From Octopus vulgaris (taxonomy: Eukaryota), in contig OX597828.1 of NCBI GenBank assembly GCA_951406725.2, forward strand, positions 33,108,001-33,172,000: DNA of 64,000 bases, read 5' to 3'. Positions within the stretch are counted from its first letter, which is position 1. Each line of letters opens with the position of its first letter. Positions 1-13,115 of the stretch are shown in pieces. Under the pieces are notes generated by a model. That model did not search any database. It was not told where the DNA came from and saw nothing but the letters and a program-made list of their open reading frames with translations. Made by a program: the position numbers and the translations under genes.

Positions 1-1780
1 ATCCTTTCTTTCAGTCTATCAAAAGGGGATACGGTTTATATTAACTATTCTCATGTCAATTCTTTATGGATTTGGTTCGATATTTCCCATCGGCTTCTTA
101 CTGTACATTATCTAAAAATTGTCCAAATAGTTGATGTCCCTGTGTATAGATTGTCGTTTTCGATAAGTTTAACTTTGTTGCTTTTCCTAAAATATTCTAT
201 TGCTTTTACCGCGTCTTAGGTTCATCTACTCGTGTGTCTGCTGAAACGACGAGTAATGATTATCTGGAAACTACAGCTAAAATCAAAGCGGCACCCTTAT
301 TTCTTTTTGTTCTTATGGTAATTTAGCAATGTACGTTCCACTGCGTCTAAAGCTAATTATGAGATATTGAGCATTTATAAGAAATCATTCGAACATTACT
401 GATAGATCTTGTACGCTGTATTGTGATAATACAATTGGCAAGTAATCTTGCAATACTAACAGGCGTTTATGAAGCAGTTGCTTGATTATATTCTAAAGGA
501 ACCTTGCTCAAAACATGACTTTCTCTATATGCTGCACAGTTATTACTGTATTGCTTGTAAATGCTTGGATAACCTTCGTCTGTTAAAGTCGTGATGCAGC
601 ATACGATGCTAAATCTATCTTTTTTGGGGGGTACGATGAACATTGCAGATTTTTGTCGAGATTTCATGTTTAAAAATGCTACGATAGCCATGTACAACTA
701 TACATCGTCTTAATTCTTTTACCTTTTACTTGAGATATAGGAAAATGTGACTCCATATTATAGGTTCGCGTGCACGTTGCGTGTGTCTGTACGTGTGTTT
801 GTGTGTTAGAGAGACAAATGATGAGGAATGCATAGTTTTATATTTTTCAGCTACACACTTTATCAAAGCCTTTCTCTCAGTATAATAGACACTTACTCCA
901 TTTTCAAATGATAATTTAGTTGGTGAGTTGTATGGTGCTGGTTGTTGCGAATCGGAAATACAATTCTGTACAATATTTTTCTAGAAATATCCATTCCCAA
1001 CTAAGTCTGAGTCGCTTCTCCATTTATGTTTTGTATTTGAAGAACATACGAGGAAACATATGATCACTTGCTGACATAAATGCGCGCTTGTTTAAATGAC
1101 TTGGGAGGCAGAATTCGACATTGATATGAGCATAAAAGGCGTTGTACAACAGAGGGTCGTAAACCACGATCTGTTGGATGTCAATGTCAACAACCTTACC
1201 AATTCTCATTTTCTATCTTAGACACAAGTATGGTATGCATCTTCATTAGTTTGAGCTTCTTACATCAGTTCCTTTGGGTACCATTCGATGCATGTTTTAT
1301 TATTTTCAAAGTAATTGCCTTTTGTGTTTAGGATTCGATGTTGAAAAGATCTGCTTATGTAATTGAGTACATCCGATTAGATCGGATTTTTGTTCTTAAT
1401 CGTGATGAGAATGTACGCATGAAGAAGCTTTTTTTCCCTACCACTCCGTGATGTTTATAATACATATTGTAGTGTTGAATATGTCACATATTGTTATGAG
1501 AATCATCGTTTGATGAGAATTTGTCGAAAGCTAGAAACAGGAATTTCTGTCGGTTCTTCAAAAAGACAAAGATTTCTTTCGTCTCTTCACTGCGTTATAA
1601 CATAAGTTTTCATATATCTAATATAGACACAGTTGCTATTACCCTAAAAGAATAGCTCATGCTAGATTAGTAAATGACTATATAGCATATGGCAGTTTTG
1701 GCGCAATAAATGGCGCTGCTCTCTAGCATCTGGCTGTTTTTTCTGAGTGGATCCAAGGGATATTTTTAAAGATTTTCTCA
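1..1780 (-). pseudogene. Decayed autonomous Helitron Rep/helicase (HUH Rep + PIF1-like helicase) coding relic
   Basis: Minus-strand fragments across frames match Helitron motifs in the right order. EW*GKKLLHAYILI (~1400-1450; cf. EWQKRGLPHAHIL), CIEWYPKELM*EAQTNEDAY, VDIDIQQIVVYDPLLYNAFYAHINVEFC (ORF 1024-1209; cf. DNRWVVPYNP..FNAHINVEFC), then helicase LALDAVERTL and GAALILAVVSR*SLLVVSADTRVDE (~210-350; cf. GG..VLLAGDFRQTLPVVPRGTRADE). Many stops and frameshifts. Confidence 0.75.
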
Positions 1781-2893
1781 TTAAACACTTGCTGTTTTGT
1801 TATTTAATACCCGCTAACAACACTGAGACGTGCTTAAAGCCGGTTTTTCATGTTCCTTCTACCCGTGTTTCCCTTTTATCTGTATAAAAACCTGCGTACA
1901 TACCCGCATTTCGCGATGTTTTTCTTATTATTTTCTTGCAACCTCAACTCTAGAACCGATCTAATATTCATTCGCTGGATATTATTTAAATTTAGAGATT
2001 TGAAGAAATTTCCGACAATGGTATTCCTCTTACTTTCTATCTAATTATGCTAAAATGTATTTTAACATAACGTATTTCAACTTACCATCTTGTTCGCCAA
2101 CAGTTTTTGAAAGGTGTTGACACGAGTAAATTTACAAATATATTATATCGTAAATATTGATGAAAATGTATATTAACAGGCCGCCGCCATACGTGCAATA
2201 AAGATTAGAATAGACTGAGTGAGAGAGAAGAGATATGGCACAGTAATCGACTGTTGACTGGGTGCTACATTCGCTTTACGTTAAAATGAAATCATATTGA
2301 ATTGCCTCTTATCTTACAGTCCTTTTGTTCACGAACTTCAAGGAAAGGTGATAAGAGATTGCCACAAAAAGATATACAGGCATCCACCGCGTTATGGAAA
2401 CATTGAGATCATGAAAATATTCTCATAACACGGAGTGCAATAATGCGAACAGTATTTTCTAATTGAATTTCATGTCCATTGCCTTCCATATAAACTTGAA
2501 GTCAACGGTGAAATAGGCTTCGAGATTACAATTGTGTACGTCACGACAAGATTTACTCGTACGCACTGGTTCTGTGATACAAGGTAAGTATTTAAAATTT
2601 AAATATTAAACAAAAAAAAATGTCTGCTGTCGGTCGACATCGTGTCTGCATTCGAAACAGGTGCAGTTGTTAAGTAAATTATAGTAGTCGAAAAGGAGAG
2701 AAATAATTTGGAAAAGATATGGTATGAAAAAGATTTCTAAATAATACATATGTATGAATATTTCAAAATTAAATTCAAAGACGGTGGTATTGTATTACAG
2801 AAACCCTCAGTATCAGTTGGTGAATAATAATAATAATATATAACATGCGGTTGCTTTTATGTCAACGCTGTACTACAAATGAACTAATACAGA

Positions 2894-3197
<304 letters not shown>

Positions 3198-3812
3198 TTG
3201 CTAGCTATGTATCATACATACTGCATACACACCGTCGATATGCTAGTTGTTGCAGTATTTGTCCTAAGATATCTTTTCTAGATTTGCTGTGTTAAAAACA
3301 CAATAAAGAGCTCTAGAGAAATTTGTCTCAAAAGCTTAAATCTAATAGGAAAGCAATGGCTTCCTTACAAATTCCCTTCTCAAATTAGAGATCTACTCAT
3401 ATATATGGCAAAAGACACTTACTCGGAGTGCCGCCCAAAGTGATTCAACACATCTGACAAGCAGAGTGTTTAACCACATTGCATTGCCTGTATCTAAGTT
3501 TTGAACTATAAATATATTTTTTATTCCTATAAAAGTATTCAACAGAAAATTATACCAAAAAGAATATTTTTTAAATCTTTGCATATTCCGTTTCAGTTTC
3601 TTAATATAAATCTCTGAAAATGTCATCCATATTATGTGTCTGGTAGGTTTCTATCGTAAGTAGAAGGAACATACGAACATTTATGTTGCTTCAATAGCAA
3701 TTGCAGCTGCTGCTAGTGTTAGAAATGGTAACTGGTGTTCTTTATAATGATGATGATCATGTTGTCGTTGCTTACATGAGTAAATTTACTTTTATATATA
3801 TTTGTATGTATG

Positions 3813-3968
<156 letters not shown>

Positions 3969-4051
3969 TGCCATCAATTTGAGATAAGATCATTGGTATC
4001 TATTGCTGCAAATTCTGGTTGTATATCCATTGCTGATACTAATGATAGTGT

Positions 4052-5704
<1,653 letters not shown>

Positions 5705-6249
5705 GAGTAAGAGAGCAGTGCAATCCATCAAAGTGACACTGGGGTAAAATATACGAAGCCCAGTATACCCATCATGACTACCCGTCTGATAAGGGTACAC
5801 TAGGCACATGCATCACAACCATATGTGCGCGACATGGGGATCTCATATCAAGATAAACAGCACATGACCTTGCAGGTGGGGCCCAGTTAGAATTTTCTTC
5901 AGGTCGAGTAACTCGAAAGGTCCCTGAATAAGGGTTGTTTAAGGATGTTGAAGGAAACACCCATGTTTCCAGAAGTGAATTATTCAAACCCCAAAGAATC
6001 CCTCTCAACACACGGCTATGATGCTCCCCCACTACTTCTGCTCTTGATCAGAAATGCACATATCGTCAGCCACTAAGGGACATGCTCAACTGGTTGCGGT
6101 CAAACAACTGACAAGCAAATCTGTGGTATTGAGCAGAATATTTGCTGTAGCCCATCTTTTATACCAAGACAAAACAATGTACATGATAACATTTCCAATA
6201 AGTTAAGATCAGAAGCCATGAGAGCCACTGCGTGGTACTGCATCAGGGC
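5705..6249. mobile_element. ~545-bp non-coding interspersed element embedded in (TAA)n, copy 1
   Basis: Near-identical end to end with 25186-25739; both copies bounded on both sides by (TAT)n. Confidence 0.85.
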
Positions 6250-6251
<2 letters not shown>

Positions 6252-6325
<74 letters not shown>

Positions 6326-6334
6326 TTTATTTTT

Positions 6335-6365
<31 letters not shown>

Positions 6366-6380
6366 TTATTATTTTTATTA

Positions 6381-6417
<37 letters not shown>

Positions 6418-6418
6418 G

Positions 6419-6450
<32 letters not shown>
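6252..6450. repeat. (TAT)n microsatellite
   Basis: Direct reading of sequence. Confidence 0.95.
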
Positions 6451-7487
6451 CAAAGCAGTGCCAGTGACGTTGTAATGCAGCTGCAAATGTTAATATTCAC
6501 TAAAGCTGTTTTCGCAGCTACCATTGGCTACTCTTACTTATTGGTGTTGATGTTGCAGTCGTTGATACCACTAATCAACTTCATCAGCCATGAATTACTG
6601 TTATGACCATTTGTTGATTTTGGGGGTTGTCGCGTTTGCTACATTTCCTTCTATTGCAGTGGATCTCAAATATGAAGTCGATGAGATGCAGGATAAAGTA
6701 GAATGTAAAAACTCTGAAGGTACAAACAGCTTTGCAATTTAGTTGTGATGCAAGCAAGGATGAGCCCTAAACTATAGTCGGTTCCTTTAGGAAACATCAA
6801 GCGTCGACTGCGGTAAAACGCTGCAAGTCTATTAAATAGGATTCTCCAACATACAGTAACAGACAGGTTGATTGAATGGCCATCTTGATAGAATCTGACA
6901 GAAAAGACAATTTACAATAAATTACGAGATAAACAAATGTAGTGTTTATCATTATTAATTTAATAATAATTTAAAGAGAGTAGCAAAATGCTCATGGATG
7001 TATTTGGCGATTTTGAATGATGGTCAATCTTTCAGGAATATACTAAATGCGGAGCATATTGAAAAATAACAATGTTTGACTTCGATAACACTTTCTCCCA
7101 CTCACATTGCTGTAATGGCTAGGATAGTTTTATAACTGCTGTGTAGTGTGGTGGAAGAATCATTATAATCCATCATGAGATTTGATGCATTGACAAGCTT
7201 CATATTTTATTTGCAGCATATTGTTTGTTACTCCTTCCACATATTGCCTGCTACAAGGTTGCAAATTGCAGTTAAGGGATAAGGCTAGTTGGGAGCGCCT
7301 CATATATGATTGATCATTATGTTGCTTTTCTTTTTATTGCATAGATATAAACCGGAGCTGGTCTAGAAAGATTTCATAAAAAAATCGAAACACTTCCATG
7401 TTTTTAATCCACCACGCAACAACTTGAGTCACTTCAAGTTTTGAATAGTAGGAATAATCTTTTTTTCTAATATGTTAGTTCATCGAG

Positions 7488-7670
7488 GGCGCGAGTGTTG
7501 GCAGAAAGGTTGAGCGGTATGTCTTCAATCTTTAGGTTCTGTGTTCAAATTCCGCCAATGTCGACTTTGCCTTTCATCTTTTCAGGGTCGATAAAATGAG
7601 TTCCATTCGAACACTGGAGTCGCTATAATCGACTTAACATCTCCAACCAAATTGCTGGCTTTGTGGACAT
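7488..7670 (+). mobile_element. tRNA-derived SINE family B, degraded
   Basis: Core gttcaaattccgcc..gtcgactttgcctttcatc..gggtcgataaa shared with copies at 48070, 48299 and 61734. Confidence 0.7.
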
Positions 7671-7964
7671 CACTTACATACCTTTGTGGGAGAGGGTCTC
7701 TGGTAACTACAACCAAGTCCGTGAGGTGTTATTTAAACGAGGGCTTGGGCAATAGACTACAGTATAGGATGTGGAACTGTGTTACAAAGTTCTTGTGTAC
7801 AACTCTAAAATTTCTACTTATATCCTACCTATTGGCAGTAAGCTATCAAAACTGAAGGGATTAAAAATATTTCATTTTTTTCCTTTTCTCTACGGCTCAA
7901 TCATATTTATTTATGAAACGTGACAATCAATTTTTTACGCCAGACTTATAGCATAATTAATTGT

Positions 7965-8170
7965 TTGAAATTTTGAGACATAACAGTTCTCAAGGAGGGG
8001 GAAGTCGACTACATCGACCCGAGTACTTAACTGGATTATAGTTTATCCATCTCCAAAAAGGTGAAAGGCAAGTCGACTGCTGCTGAATTTAAACTCAAAA
8101 CATAAAGAGCTGGAAGAAATGTCACAAATATTTTGCCTGACACGCTAACCATTTTGCCAGCTCACAGCTT
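7965..8170 (-). mobile_element. SINE family B, degraded
   Basis: Reverse complement of the family-B core (gaaaggcaagtcgac...gaatttaaactc...cgctaacc...tgccagctc). Confidence 0.65.
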
Positions 8171-8717
8171 TTAATAGTATTAAAAGGCTATAAACAGTAA
8201 CGAATCCCAGAGCTTCTGTTGCGGTAAATAAAAAGTTTTACAAACGGTAAGTGCCAAACCCATGTGATGGCCTAAACTAGCACGAGTTACGTCTCTTGCT
8301 CACAATTGTTCGCCTTCTTTAATATGAAGTGATGAATATTTTACAACACGTATTTTTTAATATCTTTTACATTTGCATTAGAAACTGAGAATTTTTATTT
8401 CTCACTCAGAAAATACTGAAGACGAAATACTTGTTAGCTTGCTAAACAGTATTACACAAAGATAAGGTTTCAATTCTCAGCTAAAGCTTTCTGCTTTGCC
8501 TTCAAGTTTACAAAACCCATTTTTAAACCAGTATAACTGAAGAATCATTTTGGCTTATAATACCGTTTCGTTTTCGGTATTTAGCCCAATGGTTAGGAAA
8601 TAAAGCACACGAACCAAAGATCATGGATTTGATTCTTAGTCAACTCGGCGCGTTCAGTCCTTAAGCAGGGCTCTTCATTTTACCTTGATTCAGTTTACAC
8701 AGATGGAAATGTATTTT

Positions 8718-8926
8718 TCTACTCTAGACACACAGCCCGAAACTTGGGGGGAGGGGCCAGTCGATTAGATCAACCCCAGTACGCAACTGGTACTTAATTT
8801 ATCGACCCCGAAAAGATAAAAGGTGAAGTCGATCTCGGCGGAATTTGAACCCAGAACGTAAAGACAGACGAAATACTGCTAAGCAATTCGCCCGACGTGC
8901 TAACGTTTCTACCAGCTCACTGCCTT
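8718..8926 (-). mobile_element. SINE family B
   Basis: Full-length reverse copy matching 48299-48512. Confidence 0.85.
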
Positions 8927-10090
8927 GCAGATGAATATTATTAAAAACTAAATGTTGGAGCACTGCTCACTCTCTTTACAATTGTCACGTAATGGCTGAT
9001 CCGCTGGTTCAACAGCGGGAGGACCAAGAAGGTATCTAATTCTACGTAGACACCGAAAGTAATCAGCAAACGCAAAGTACAAGCGGAAGTATGGTACGGG
9101 GACTTTAACTACAGCGTCAAGCTTTTGCTTAGTAATTGTATAAGCAAACACAGGAAGCCAGGACTTGGCACTTAATTTAAACCTTCAAAGAGAATATCTT
9201 ACAAGATATAAATTTATACGTAATATTTTATCGACGCAGTGTCGGCTAGACGCGAGGTTTGATTGTTGATCCAAATGCAATCAACTTGTATCCTCAGTGA
9301 AGTAATGTAAAGAATAAACATCACAAACCCCATATCCATTTCCCATATAATGTAAGGCTAGCTGCAAAGTTAAACAAATATACAAATCATTTTTGGTAAA
9401 TTCTAGCAATTAGTTGCGAGAAAAGATAGAACGCTTTGTGGTACATATTTTAGACCACCATCATACTGAGTGAATCTCTGCTTGGTCATATTTGCCTTTG
9501 GCTTGCTTTGCATCGATCGAAATTAACCAACAACATACTGAATTGATTTCATCGATTATTTGCCTTGCTCTATAAGAATTGGTGTTTTGACTCGTTAGAA
9601 AAAAAATCAATATCTCGTTCCTAAATATTGTTAACGAAAACTATACATCAGCTAAGATGTAAACTCCGGTAAAATCTACACGACCACTGACTCCATTTCA
9701 CTCCCGATTTATGTAATTTCACGTCGCACAGAATGCTATTATCCTAAGGATAATTATGAACGTCTCACCGCTCTTTTCTCCACGATAAATGTATATAATA
9801 CAGCCATCGTTTCGAATCAAATGAAAATGAATGTTTTAGATCTTCTTAATGCCATTATATATCAGTCGTTTGAGGCTGTTTACAACTCCAACTCGCTTTA
9901 TCGTAATGTTTTCTACATATCCTAGCAGAAAGAAATCTGCAAGATCCAACTACATTTAAATACATGTGCAGAGGAAACTCATAAATTAATCCTCAGAAAT
10001 ATGATAGAAGCGAATTTAAAGATCCAAACTTCGGCCTCGTGATAATAGTGAGCAAAAATTAATGTTGGTCTGATATTCTAGATAGATATG

Positions 10091-10477
10091 TAGGCGCAGG
10101 CGTGGCAGTGTTGTAAGAAGCTTGCTTCCCAATCACATGGTTCTGGGCTCAGTCCCACTTAGGCAAGTGTCTTCTACTATAGCATCGGGTCAACCAAAGC
10201 CTTCTAAGTGGATTTGGTAGAAGGAAACTGAAAGAAGCCTGTCGTATATATATGTGTGTGTGTCTTTGTGTCTATGTCTTCACCGCCATCACCACTTGAG
10301 AACCGGTGTTGGTGTGTTTAGGTACCCGTAACATAGCGGTTCGCCAAATGAGCCTGATAGAATAAGTACTAGGCTTTAAAAATTAAGTCCTGGGCTCGAT
10401 CGATTTGTTTGGTGTAAACCGCTCAAGGCGGTGCTCCAGCATGACGGTAGTCAAATGACTGAAACAAATAAAAGAAT
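10091..10477 (+). mobile_element. Octopus-type SINE family A (tRNA-like head, internal (TA/TG)n, ..gactgaaacaa.taaaaga tail)
   Basis: Matches copies at 34726, 57455 and 60960. Confidence 0.85.
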
Positions 10478-10623
10478 ATTAGGAGAGCAGCAAAACGGGC
10501 ATATAAGGAAAGGCTGTGTATTTCGGTTGTAGTGAAGATGCATCTAAACCAATGCTATGTAATCTACCTTCCCTTCTTTAACGGACATGGGTTGCAGTTC
10601 TTGTTCTGTCTTGTTTTATAGAC

Positions 10624-10911
10624 CTGTGCTTCTCAAATTATCTGATGTGGCATACCAACAGTTTTATTTTTTCCAACGTGCCAGAGACCGTAATATTTCT
10701 TAGTAATATCAATTTATACCGGAAACAAAATATATAATGAATATAATAAAAGTTGACATTTTTTATCGTATATTTATTTTGTAAACAAATAATACAATAT
10801 TACATAAGCATTTTATAATATTTCTTTCTTTTATGGAAACTCGCCGTGTACTTGCAGCTGATTGCTGGCAGACCGGCACCGGTCCGCTGACCACCACTTT
10901 GAGAAACACTG
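10624..10911. mobile_element. hAT (Charlie-like) MITE
   Basis: TIRs ctgtgcttctcaaa / tttgagaaacactg; exact 8-bp TSD ttatagac at 10616-10623 and 10912-10919. Confidence 0.85.
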
Positions 10912-12132
10912 TTATAGACAGTTTTAAGTTACCAAAGTATTTCTCGGAAGAAATTTTAAAATAAGATTCACATACAATTAAAAATTTCAACGATAACGTC
11001 TAAAATAATCGCTTGCCTTGTGTTATTAATCATACTATCATATCCGTGTTTAACAAAACTATGAATATGCCATATTTTAAGACACCAAAAAATTAGTAAA
11101 CGTTCTGCAAAACTTTAAAACTGGAAAAACTGCTACGCATCGTCTGAGAAAGATTTCGCTGTGATTTCAGAGTAACTTAGTTTATATTTCTAGCAGCATA
11201 TGGAGCAATTAAGTAGAGGTGATCTGATTGGCACTTGTAGTATTGTATCCGTATTTGAAATGGTATCCTTTGAATGATTGCCTTTTACCTTATGGTCAAG
11301 ATGCAAAGCAAAGTCTTCGAAATATGTAGGTGTGATGGAAGTATCCTAGGACTGAAATCTGCTCTGAATGCCTGCAACAGCGAGGAATCTGTTAAAGGCA
11401 TTAAACGTGCCAGGTAACCGTGTTAAAGCAGTTCGCAGATCTCGTTTACTACCACTGGAGCTCATGACAGGACTTGAACTGAAAGGCCGAAATAAATATC
11501 ACAAAACATTTGCTACCACATGTTTGCTATTGTTGCTACTCCATCACCTTGGATCGGTGCACATTTATTGACCCTGAAAGGAAGAAAATCAAATCTATTT
11601 TCAATAGGATTTAAACACAGTACTCAAAGAATGTGAACAAATTTCAGAAGGCAATCTGTCCGACTCGGCAAATTCTCAACCGACAAGATTAAACATAGAT
11701 ATGTATACACATAAAATGGGTTCCAGTATGCACTTATTTATTCATAATACGGCTTCCCGTCCTGTTTCTACCTATTTATATGAGTTGATATTAAGATATT
11801 AGGCGTGAAGTATCCAAGTGAGATAAAAAGCAAAGCAAAAATATTATCCCTAATCCATTCAGTGGAACAATAACTTTAATTCTCTTTTCCAGTGCACCAC
11901 TTCTGCACAGATGAAGGGCGTTGAACAGTAGTGAAGTTTCGTTTGATTAGGATACTTTTATAGGTTTATTATTTCGAACCGTTAAGTTCGGTGAAGGAAA
12001 CATAACAACTCCAGTTGTCACACAGTGGGGACAAACAAATGTCACACATACACGCAATATATATGCATGTGTGAGTGTGAGTGTATGTGTGTGTATGTGT
12101 GTGTGTGTATGTGCGTTTGTATAGCAATCAGC

Positions 12133-12535
12133 CCCCAGGTTTCGCCGCATGATCCAGCCCCCGTGAGAATCAGTCTTTCAACTTGCTGTACGTACAGAGC
12201 ATTGTAGTTCTGTTCAGTAGTCGCATGAACGCTTTATCACGGATCCTCAACGTTGCCAACATCTCTTCTGCTTCGCGGCACCACGCAAGAGAGGCCCCTA
12301 CTGGGCAGCGGTACACCTGTACACGCAGACCTAGTTCTCTTCCGAGGAGAGGGATGAGCGGCCAGTACATCCTCTCTTTCTCGGAAGAGTTTCCTCTCTT
12401 TTCCACCAGACGGCCTACGGTCGGGAGAGTTGTCCACCTCCAATCGTATGGGGCTGGAAGAATGCGAATGCCCCCCCCCCCAGGGGTGTCGGCTCGTTGG
12501 TCCGCTGTGGGATCACCTCACGTAACCCCCTCTGG
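12133..12535 (-). mobile_element. GC-rich fragment resembling the C-terminus of an R2/NeSL-type REL retrotransposon
   Basis: Minus frames give MEVDNSPDRR..EKRG and LRVQVYRCPVGASLAWCREAEEMLATL (cf. VGARGAW motif); frameshifted. Confidence 0.45.
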
Positions 12536-12736
12536 TGATATATATATATATAGGGCACAGAAAGTGTGTCAATAACCAGCTGGAGGAGGTGAACTCCTGG
12601 GACTACAAGCTACTGTAGCATCCACCCTTAGGGGTTATCCACATATAAGTGGCAAATCTATTTCACGATGTGTTGCAGCTACTGTTTATACTTCACCCAG
12701 ATATTTATTGCCTATATATATATAGTACCTATTCTA

Positions 12737-12823
<87 letters not shown>

Positions 12824-12839
12824 TGTGTATGTGTGTGTG

Positions 12840-13115
12840 TTACTTATTCTATCAGTGTCTTTTGCCGAACCATTAAATTACATGGACGGAAACACACTAA
12901 CATCGGCTGTCAAGCGATGCTGGGGGTCAGAGACAGACACACAGATATATATATACAAAGGGATTCATTCAGTTTCCGTCTACCAAATCTACTCACAAGA
13001 CTTTGGTCACCCCGCTGCTATAGTAGAAGACACTTGCCAAAGGTGCCACGCAGTGGGAGTGGACCCGGAACCGTATGTTTAGAAAGCAAGCTTCTTAACA
13101 TAGACAGCCATATCT
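12840..13115 (-). mobile_element. SINE family A
   Basis: Reverse complement of family-A head and body (ttcagtttccgtctaccaaatc...cacttgccaaaggtgccacgcagtggga). Confidence 0.85.

Noticed and set aside
2374-2812. Possible Tigger/pogo MITE starting tacaggcatccaccgcgttat
   Set aside because: The matching right TIR is too weak to support a call
8948-9151. Minus-strand ORF and ccgctg/cagcgg hairpin as an exon or RNA gene
   Set aside because: Weak acceptor, no recognisable homology, and a 6-bp stem is expected by chance
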